From: an uncultured Candidatus Saccharibacteria bacterium
GTDB taxonomy: Bacteria; Patescibacteriota; Minisyncoccia; Phycocordibacterales; UBA9988
DNA: 64,000 nucleotides
NCBI GenBank assembly: GCA_964401135.1
Contig: CAYNXC010000001.1
Location: forward strand, 210,264-274,263
Reading direction: 5' to 3'
Both the position numbers and the translations under genes were made by a program. This document shows positions 57,415 to 64,000 of the stretch, piece by piece. The notes under the pieces were generated by a model that saw nothing but the letters and a program-made list of their open reading frames with translations, was not told the DNA's origin and did not search any database. Position 1 is the first letter of the stretch; each line of letters begins with the position of its first letter.

Positions 57415-58173
57415 ATGGTAATTCGCACTAGAAATATTTTTGATCCCAATTCACAGGATCCTTTTAAGCTCTCTCGTTCAAAAATTGAAGACTTTTTACG
57501 CTGCCCGCGCTGTTTCTACCTAGATCGTCGTCTGGGGGTGGGGAAGCCGGCACAGCTCCCTTTCAATCTAAACTCCGCGGTAGACCATTTGTTTAAAAAA
57601 GAGTTCGATATCCATCGAGCAAAGGGAGAATCACACCCGCTTATGGAGCGATATGGGATTAAGGCCATTCCCTTCTCACACCCACAGCTCAACGAATGGC
57701 GAGAGAACTTTGTGGGAATCCAGTATTACCACGAGCCGAGTAATTTTATTATCACCGGAGCCGTGGATGATCTCTGGGTTGCTTCGGAAGGGGATATCAT
57801 CGTTGTAGATTATAAATCTACGAGTAAAGATTCGGAGGTAAATCTTGATGCAGAGTGGCAGAGAGGCTATAAGAATCAGATGGAGATATACCAGTGGCTT
57901 TTACGGAAGCTTGGTTTCATAGTCTCTCCCGTTGGATATTTCGTGTATGCAAATGGGCGACGAGATAGAAAGGCCTTTGATGCAAAACTAGAGTTTGATA
58001 TCAGCATTATTCCCTACGAGGGGGACGACAGTTGGGTTGAGGGTGTTATACTAGATATACACAAGTGCTTGATGGGGGACAAGCTCCCAGGAAGTACATC
58101 GCAATGTGAGTATTGTCAATATAGACAAGCAGCGGCAAGTGCGATACGATCGCATTCACAGGAGGATTATTAG
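57415..58173 (+). CDS. PD-(D/E)XK nuclease (Cas4/RecB-like) with four Cys suggestive of an Fe-S cluster
   Basis: N-terminal CPRC, core D...VVDYKS (D-x(n)-DYK), and C-terminal C...CEYC. Confidence 0.6.
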   Translation: MVIRTRNIFDPNSQDPFKLSRSKIEDFLRCPRCFYLDRRLGVGKPAQLPFNLNSAVDHLFKKEFDIHRAKGESHPLMERYGIKAIPFSHPQLNEWRENFVGIQYYHEPSNFIITGAVDDLWVASEGDIIVVDYKSTSKDSEVNLDAEWQRGYKNQMEIYQWLLRKLGFIVSPVGYFVYANGRRDRKAFDAKLEFDISIIPYEGDDSWVEGVILDIHKCLMGDKLPGSTSQCEYCQYRQAAASAIRSHSQEDY

Positions 58174-58191
58174 TTGATACATAAGAGCATT

Positions 58192-58704
58192 ATGAACAAG
58201 CAACTTATATTATTTATTGTTGCCATCATCATCATTGCGATTTTGGTGATTTTGGGCTACCAAAGTCGTGGCTCAGACGAGCTTCCCGCACAAGAAGCAT
58301 CGGTCGGAGTGACGCAGGGCACTATGATAGAAGATACACTTGTTGGTACGAGTACAGAAGAGGCAAAAGTGGGGGATACCGTCACTGTCCACTATGTGGG
58401 TACCCTTGCTGATGGGACAAAGTTTGATTCCAGTATTGACCGTGGAGAGCCCTTTAGCTTCACGATTGGTGCAGGGCAGGTCATACAAGGGTGGGAGCAA
58501 GGTTTACTCGGTATGAAGGTCGGAGGTAAGCGTGTACTCACTGTACCTCCAGAGCTTGGATATGGAGCACAGACTGTTGGTCCTATTCCCGCAAATGCAA
58601 CACTTAAGTTTGAAATAGAACTCATTAAGGTCGCACCTGCGAGCACGAGTACTACTTCAGTTATAGATGACAAAGCAAGCACCTCTACAAAAGAAGTAGA
58701 GTAA
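58192..58704 (+). CDS. FKBP-type peptidyl-prolyl cis-trans isomerase, membrane-anchored
   Basis: VTVHYVGTLADGTKFDSS...GWEQGLLGMKVGGKRVLTVPPELGYG, the canonical FKBP domain, with an N-terminal TM. Confidence 0.8.
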   Translation: MNKQLILFIVAIIIIAILVILGYQSRGSDELPAQEASVGVTQGTMIEDTLVGTSTEEAKVGDTVTVHYVGTLADGTKFDSSIDRGEPFSFTIGAGQVIQGWEQGLLGMKVGGKRVLTVPPELGYGAQTVGPIPANATLKFEIELIKVAPASTSTTSVIDDKASTSTKEVE

Positions 58705-58734
58705 TCCAGAAAACCTAAAGACTAAACGAATATT

Positions 58735-59295
58735 ATGAAAAACGCTATTATCCTGATCGTCATCATTGCGCTCATCGTTGTTGGATACCTCGTATTCAAG
58801 AATAAGGGTGACGAATCTGAACTTCCTACAGACAATGAGACAGCCACCACCACTCCCGTCGCGGAACCAGCCCGCGTGAATGTTACCCTCAATGAAGTGG
58901 CAAAGTCTGGAGAGTCTGGAGCGGCAGTATTAGAAAATGTAGATGGCAAACTGAAAATCACCATAACAGTAAGTGATACTCCTGCCGGAGTCGCTCAACC
59001 TGCATTTGTGTACGCAGGATCCTGCGCGAAGCTTGGTGAGGCTAAGTATACACTTGCTGATGTTGTTGGGGGCACTTCAGAGACTGTTCTTGATACGGAG
59101 ACGGTGGAGCAGTTCCTCACAGGACTCCCGCTCGCCATCAGTATTCAGAAGTCGGAGAAAGATGTGAAAAAGTCTATTGCCTGTGGAGATATCAGTAATC
59201 CCACAGTAACAGAGACAGTGAGTACTACGGCAACAACAACTAGTGCTACGACCACAACAAGCACAACCACAAAAGGAGTTACGACTACTCCTTAA
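58735..59295 (+). CDS. Secreted hypothetical protein with a Thr-rich C-terminal tail
   Basis: Signal anchor and a TTATTTSATTTTSTTT tail. Family not recognised. Confidence 0.45.
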   Translation: MKNAIILIVIIALIVVGYLVFKNKGDESELPTDNETATTTPVAEPARVNVTLNEVAKSGESGAAVLENVDGKLKITITVSDTPAGVAQPAFVYAGSCAKLGEAKYTLADVVGGTSETVLDTETVEQFLTGLPLAISIQKSEKDVKKSIACGDISNPTVTETVSTTATTTSATTTTSTTTKGVTTTP

Positions 59296-59370
59296 GGTTA
59301 GGCAGAATTCTTTATCCATAATCCCGCCCTATCACTTTGGTAGGGCGTGGTTTGTGTTATATTTCAAATT

Positions 59371-59985
59371 ATGGCAGAAGATGCTCGTAATGAAGCACTC
59401 AAGCGAATAAAAGACGAGGTTCTTGCACTTGAACGATCTTCACTCTATGAATACCGAACAAAAAATCACTATTTTCCTGTGATCGGGGAGGGAGACCACT
59501 ATGCAAAGCTCATGTTTGTGGGAGAAGCCCCTGGACGGACAGAGGCACTGACGGGAAGGCCCTTTGTGGGTGCGGCTGGAAGGATATTGGAAGAATTATT
59601 GGAGAGTGTTGGCATGACTCGTGCTGAAGTCTACATTGCGAATATTTTAAAAGATCGTCCACCAGAAAATCGTGACCCACTCCCTGAAGAGATTAGTGTC
59701 TACGGACCCTTTCTTGATCAGCAAATTGAGATTATTCAACCATCCGTCATCGCGACGCTTGGTCGTTACTCGCTTGGCTACATTATTCGGAAGTTTGAGT
59801 TGGAGCTCTATCTCCAACCAATCTCGTATATGCACGGGAAGAGTTTTGCCGCTAAAGCTCCATACGGAGACATCTCCATTGTCTGCCTCTACCACCCAGC
59901 GGTAGCAGTATACAACAACAAGATGAAGGATACATTGAAGAAAGATTTTCAGATTGTGAAGACATTGATTTCTCACCATGAGTAA
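59371..59985 (+). CDS. Uracil-DNA glycosylase, family 4
   Basis: LMFVGEAPGRTE...GRPFVGAAGRIL (motif A GEAPG) and a C-terminal HPAVAVYN-type motif B. Confidence 0.8.
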   Translation: MAEDARNEALKRIKDEVLALERSSLYEYRTKNHYFPVIGEGDHYAKLMFVGEAPGRTEALTGRPFVGAAGRILEELLESVGMTRAEVYIANILKDRPPENRDPLPEEISVYGPFLDQQIEIIQPSVIATLGRYSLGYIIRKFELELYLQPISYMHGKSFAAKAPYGDISIVCLYHPAVAVYNNKMKDTLKKDFQIVKTLISHHE

Positions 59986-60769
59986 ACTCACCCTGATATC
60001 GTGGAATGTGAATGGGATCCGTGCGGCAGTGAATAAGGGCTTTATAGATTTTTTAAAGCATAAAAATCCAGATGTGTTCGGCATTCAAGAAATTAAGATC
60101 AGTAACGAAGCACGAGAGAAAGTGGAGTTTGACTTTGCTGGATATGCCGAGTTTTGGAATCCAGCAGAGAAGCCTGGCTACAGCGGCACCGCTACACTTA
60201 CAAGAGTTGCGCCAATCGCAGTGAGTGAGGGGTTTGTAGTACCTGGAACTAACACAAAAATGCTCGCAGAAGAGAGGGAGGGGCGTGTGCAGACATTAGA
60301 ATTTGAAAAATTTTATTTTTTAAACTGCTACTTCCCTAATGCAAATAACGAGCTCTCCCGTTTGAATTTCAAAGAAGAATTCAATGATACTTTTTTGAAG
60401 CATGTATCTCGTCTGGAAAAAAATAAACCAGTACTTGCTTGTGGAGATTTTAATGTAGCACACCAAGAGATTGATCTCGCGCGTCCACAAGAAAATATGG
60501 GTAATCCAGGATTTACTGGTGAGGAACGACGCTGGGCAGACAAGTTTATCTCACACGGACTCGTGGACAGCTTCCGCCATCTCCACCCCAGTAAAAGAGA
60601 GTACTCATGGTGGAGCTACCGTGCGCTCGCTCGTGAGCGGAATGTGGGCTGGCGTATTGATTACTTTTTTGTGAGCGGGTGCTTTATGAAGCATGTGAAG
60701 GATGCGTTTATCTTGACACAGATAGAAGGATCTGATCATTGCCCCGTTGGGATTACCATTGAGATCTAG
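59978..60769 (+). CDS. xth: Exodeoxyribonuclease III (AP endonuclease)
   Basis: LISWNVNGIRA..., QEIK, CGDFNVAH and GSDHCPV, the EEP-fold catalytic residues. Confidence 0.85.
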   Translation: MSKLTLISWNVNGIRAAVNKGFIDFLKHKNPDVFGIQEIKISNEAREKVEFDFAGYAEFWNPAEKPGYSGTATLTRVAPIAVSEGFVVPGTNTKMLAEEREGRVQTLEFEKFYFLNCYFPNANNELSRLNFKEEFNDTFLKHVSRLEKNKPVLACGDFNVAHQEIDLARPQENMGNPGFTGEERRWADKFISHGLVDSFRHLHPSKREYSWWSYRALARERNVGWRIDYFFVSGCFMKHVKDAFILTQIEGSDHCPVGITIEI

Positions 60770-60772
60770 TCT

Positions 60773-61489
60773 ATGATCTACGCAGTGGTAGGGAATGGGA
60801 ATCCGAAAGCAATAGAAAAGTACCGTTTCTTAAAGGAGCAATTTTTTCGTAAGTATCCTAATGCGCAACGACTCTCGTTTACTGAAGAGACCCTTGATGC
60901 GAAGGAGATTTTTGACGCAGCATCTCAACAAAGTCTTTTTGGTGGGGCATACCTCGTTTCCTGCTTCAGGTTAAGTGAAAATGCAGTAATAAAAGAGATT
61001 TTTTCTGATCTCATCGCAGTGATGTGGAAGTCAGAGAATCACTTTCTCCTCTTTGAACACTCCCTTGATAAAAAATCTCTAGCCCTGATTGAAGAGCATG
61101 GGAAGCTGTACTCATTTGTACCAGCCACAACGGCGCTTGAGTACAATGTCTTTTCTCTACCACAAAAAGTAGGGGAGCGCGATAGAAAAGGGGCGTGGAT
61201 TGAGTTGCAGCGCGCGCGGATGGTAGGCGTCTCTGATGATGAGCTCTTACGCCCGCTTCTCTGGCAGATGAAGACCATACTCCTTGTTCACCCCGCCTTG
61301 GGAGGAGCGAGTGTAGAAGAGTCAGGACTGAAACCCACTGTCTATAGCAGAGCGCTTAGTTATGGGGAAAATTATTCTCGTGAAGAATTAAATGAGCTCT
61401 CCTTTGCTCTTGCCATGCTCCCCTCGCGTGTGGTCTCTGGTGAAGTAGAGATGGATATTGCTCTAGAGTCAATCATTCTGAGTGTATAG
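60773..61489 (+). CDS. Hypothetical protein, possibly a divergent DNA polymerase III delta subunit (HolA-like)
   Basis: Weak resemblance to delta N-terminus and C-terminus patterns (MIYAVVGNGN...; LLRPLLWQMKTILLV). Confidence 0.35.
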   Translation: MIYAVVGNGNPKAIEKYRFLKEQFFRKYPNAQRLSFTEETLDAKEIFDAASQQSLFGGAYLVSCFRLSENAVIKEIFSDLIAVMWKSENHFLLFEHSLDKKSLALIEEHGKLYSFVPATTALEYNVFSLPQKVGERDRKGAWIELQRARMVGVSDDELLRPLLWQMKTILLVHPALGGASVEESGLKPTVYSRALSYGENYSREELNELSFALAMLPSRVVSGEVEMDIALESIILSV

Positions 61490-61527
61490 CGTGGACAGAG
61501 GGGGAGTCTGTGGTATTATTTCGCGAG

Positions 61528-61600
61528 CCGCCCATAGCTCAGTCGGTAGAGCAGCTCCCTTTTAAGGAGAGGGTCGTAGGTTCGAATCCTACTGGGCGGA
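61528..61600 (+). tRNA. tRNA-Lys (anticodon UUU)
   Basis: Acceptor CCGCCCA/TGGGCGG, D-arm GCTCAGTCGGTAGAGC, anticodon loop CTTTTAA, T-arm GTAGGTTCGAATCCTAC. Confidence 0.8.
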
Positions 61601-61602
61601 TA

Positions 61603-62088
61603 ATGATGCAAAACTCTCTCTCCCTTATCCTCCACAATGTGCGAAGCTGTGAAAATGTGGGGAGTATCTTGCGTAGCGCGGATGCAGCAGGAGTAGAAAA
61701 AGTGTACCTCTGTGGGATCACCCCTGCACCAATAGATCGTTTTGGGCGTCCTAATCCTCGCGTGCTCAAGGCCTCTCTTGGAGCGGAGAAAAATGTAGAG
61801 TGGGAAGAGAGAGAAGATAGCATGGCGCTCATTGAGGATTTACGGCAAAAAGATGTTCGTATCTATGCTTTGGAACAGAGTAAAGGCTCGGTAGATTATC
61901 GAACCGTCAAGATAAATACTGCGGCGGCACTTATTGTGGGGAATGAGGTTGACGGAATAGGAGATGAGCTTCTTACACTCGCTGATACTGTTATTGAGAT
62001 CCCTATGCGTGGTATAAAAGAGTCACTCAATGTCTCTGTTGCCTGCGGGATTATCCTGTTCTCTTTTAGTAACGATACTCCGCAATAA
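61603..62088 (+). CDS. SpoU/TrmH-family RNA 2'-O-methyltransferase
   Basis: SPOUT motifs NVGSILRSADAAG, IVGNEVDGI and IPMRGIKESLNVSVACGIILF. The ORF-track N-terminus overlaps tRNA-Lys, so the start is moved to MMQNS. Confidence 0.75.
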   Translation: MMQNSLSLILHNVRSCENVGSILRSADAAGVEKVYLCGITPAPIDRFGRPNPRVLKASLGAEKNVEWEEREDSMALIEDLRQKDVRIYALEQSKGSVDYRTVKINTAAALIVGNEVDGIGDELLTLADTVIEIPMRGIKESLNVSVACGIILFSFSNDTPQ

Positions 62089-62719
62089 TGAGTCCTCGTT
62101 CATCTCGCAGGATGATTGTGTCGTGTTCTGACGAGAACAGGGAGCTATCCGCGTCTAGGAATACTCTCCATTCAGGAGAAAAAAATTGCGGGTTCGCGTG
62201 CTCTCTTTCTACACAGTCGTTATAAAAACCTTCGGTAGTAGTCGCCCCTGTTTTTGTAAATGTAGGATAGAAATTTTGGAAGCGTTCTAGCCTTGGGCTA
62301 CAACTATTCACTTGAAATGAGATACCAACAGGGGAGGATCCTCCAGAGATGAGCGCACGCTCGCCAGGAAAGAGCGCTATAGGGGAACGTGTAGGGATAG
62401 CTCCTTGGCGAAAGAGTGTATTCCCTTCAGGGATAGTGATTCGTATTTTTTTTTCAGTACTCTCTAAGTTCCAACCAGAGATTTTTTGTGCGGTACCCTC
62501 ATGCGCGGTGTACACTACGATAAGGTACTCATGACTCTGTCCGCCTGAAGATATCTCCATCACTCGTGTCAGCGATACCATGCCATAGAGAGGACTCTTT
62601 GCTTCTGGTCGGATAGTAAGTGGAATGGTGACTTCTTTACTTGAAATCAGCAATATACCAAGGGCGGTGAGCACAATACCTACAATACAGGCTCCAGCAA
62701 TCTGCTGTGTTCGCGTCAT
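62066..62719 (-). CDS. Hypothetical membrane-anchored protein
   Basis: N-terminal TM, otherwise unrecognised. Four-nucleotide gap from the Mur ligase gene. Confidence 0.45.
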   Translation of the reverse strand: MTRTQQIAGACIVGIVLTALGILLISSKEVTIPLTIRPEAKSPLYGMVSLTRVMEISSGGQSHEYLIVVYTAHEGTAQKISGWNLESTEKKIRITIPEGNTLFRQGAIPTRSPIALFPGERALISGGSSPVGISFQVNSCSPRLERFQNFYPTFTKTGATTTEGFYNDCVEREHANPQFFSPEWRVFLDADSSLFSSEHDTIILRDERGLIIAEYRY

Positions 62720-62722
62720 AAA

Positions 62723-63895
62723 TTATCCAAGTTTTTCTAAGGCCTTCAGTTCTTCTCGTACCACGGCTGCATCGTCCCATGGGATTTTTGTCCCTCGGGG
62801 TCCCATAATGTACGGATCAGTACCTTTGCCGGTTATCATCACTATGTCACCCTGCCTCGCTTCTCGGAGCGCCGTTCTGATCGCTTCACGGCGATCAAGG
62901 ATGCTCCGTGATGCATCGTGTGGAAGTGCGGAACTCATGTCATTAATAATTGCTTCCGGGTCCTCGTCGTACGGATCTTCATTAGTAAAGATGATCTTTT
63001 CACAGTATTCATGTGCGGCCTGTGCCATGACGGGACGCTTCCACGCATCTCTCCCGCCACCACAACTCCCCAGTACGCAAAGCTTTGGCCCCTTACCAGC
63101 GGCCTCGTAGGCGGCACGAAGTGAATCTCTCGTATGTGCGTAATCTACATAGATGGTAATGCCACGATTATTTTCTATCCGCTCCATCCTACCACGCACA
63201 CCGTGGAACTTTTGGATTGCTGTCGCAATTATTTCTTCGCTTATACCAACTGTGCGTGCAGCCGCGGCGGCGATGAGGATATTAAAACGATTCATCTCTC
63301 CGGGGAGCCTTGTGGAGTAAGGGAAAGCGTCTTTTGCGCCCACTTCAATCTTTTGTGGTATAGAGAGTGAAAGAAACGGTAATTTTTCTTTATCGTCGCG
63401 GTTTACTATAATGGTGCGGTGTGGTTTTGTTGATCGTTCCAACTCTTGTGCAATGGATACTTTTGCCGCGAGATAGTTCTCGTAGGAGCCATGTGACTCA
63501 ATGTGCTCTGGAGAGATGTTAGTGACGACGAGTACATCAAGTGGGATAAAGCGGTGCCGATGTTGGCGGGCTCCCTCGCTCGTCATCTCAATGACCGCGT
63601 GAGTACAGCGCTCTTTCAGTCCTTGCGCAAGTAATCTTTGCAGGAAACCTTTCCCCGGCATAGACATCTTCGTAAGATTGCGTTCGCTCTTACCCGCGAT
63701 AGAGAAGTGTACCGTTGAGGAGATGACAGATTTTTTACCTGCTTCGGCAAGTATTGCTGCAATGATGTCTACTACCGTCGACTTGCCCTTGGTCCCTGTC
63801 ACGCCGATAATAAAAAAATTTTTCGCAGGGAAGTGGTACCAAAGCGCGGCGCAGTATGCCCAGAGGTAGTGGTAGATGGAAATGGATTTTTTCAT
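62723..63895 (-). CDS. Mur ligase family protein (MurE/MurF-like; N-terminal domain absent)
   Basis: P-loop GVTGTKGKST, DVLVVTNISPEHIESHG, and a C-terminal Mur ligase domain. Confidence 0.75.
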   Translation of the reverse strand: MKKSISIYHYLWAYCAALWYHFPAKNFFIIGVTGTKGKSTVVDIIAAILAEAGKKSVISSTVHFSIAGKSERNLTKMSMPGKGFLQRLLAQGLKERCTHAVIEMTSEGARQHRHRFIPLDVLVVTNISPEHIESHGSYENYLAAKVSIAQELERSTKPHRTIIVNRDDKEKLPFLSLSIPQKIEVGAKDAFPYSTRLPGEMNRFNILIAAAAARTVGISEEIIATAIQKFHGVRGRMERIENNRGITIYVDYAHTRDSLRAAYEAAGKGPKLCVLGSCGGGRDAWKRPVMAQAAHEYCEKIIFTNEDPYDEDPEAIINDMSSALPHDASRSILDRREAIRTALREARQGDIVMITGKGTDPYIMGPRGTKIPWDDAAVVREELKALEKLG

Positions 63896-63900
63896 ACGCT

Positions 63901-64000
63901 TAGATATCGTAGAGCTTCACGGATGCGTGCGCCCGTTTCAGTGCACCCTGCTGGTATATGTTTGAGCGCCTCACGAGACTCGTAGAGAGAGTAGCCGAGT
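63901..64000 (-). CDS. 3' end of an unidentified CDS (partial; starts beyond the window end)
   Basis: In-frame ...ALKHIPAGCTETGAHASVKLYDI* ending at 63901. Confidence 0.25.

Noticed and set aside
1-64000. CRISPR arrays, rRNA genes, transposases or IS elements, phage integrases
   Set aside because: No regularly spaced direct repeats were seen. No 16S/23S-like conserved stretches. The only recombinase is a chromosomal XerD-type enzyme without flanking att-like boundaries or cargo.

Overview
This 64 kb window is gene-dense on both strands and reads as a chromosomal segment from a small-genome bacterium. The CPR/Patescibacteria-like character (short housekeeping proteins, KE-rich tails) is inference only. 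It spans the replication-origin neighbourhood: rpmH-rnpA-yidC on the minus strand, divergent from dnaA-dnaN on the plus strand. A short AT-rich candidate oriC with DnaA-box-like 9-mers lies between dnaA and dnaN. Housekeeping content includes rpsO, pnp, cca, xerD, comM, uvrD/pcrA, rsmA, PBP1A, tyrS, ruvC-yebC-ruvB, pilB/gspE, tsaE, polA, family-4 UDG, xth, FKBP, a SpoU methylase, a Mur ligase, a DsbA/VKOR pair and a MacAB-like ABC exporter. I could parse eight tRNAs by hand: Gly-GCC, Pro-UGG, Pro-GGG, Pro-CGG, Gly-UCC, Arg-UCG and Lys-UUU, plus the rpmH gene missing from the ORF track. The most striking accessory content is a type IV secretion-like cluster at about 29.4-41.8 kb. It contains a VirB6/TrbL-like polytopic protein, a PrgI/VirB3-like protein, an apparently split VirB4 ATPase, a pilin-like protein fused to a Cys-rich putative cell-wall hydrolase, and many secreted or surface proteins. 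A VirD4/TraD-like coupling ATPase sits about 8 kb upstream, and I see no relaxase. Other notable items are: a membrane-anchored Clp-like protein whose two Walker A motifs and aligned second-domain Walker B are both degenerate; a low-GC three-gene islet containing an ADP-ribosylglycohydrolase, inserted with a NYN gene between rpsO and pnp; a low-GC dnaA-dnaN-DUF721 block; a roughly 140-nt highly structured candidate sRNA on the plus strand between ruvB and pilB; and a perfect 23-bp palindrome beside a near-consensus sigma70 promoter. No CRISPR array, rRNA, transposase or integrase-bounded element was recognised. All identifications are by eye from motifs, with no database searches run.
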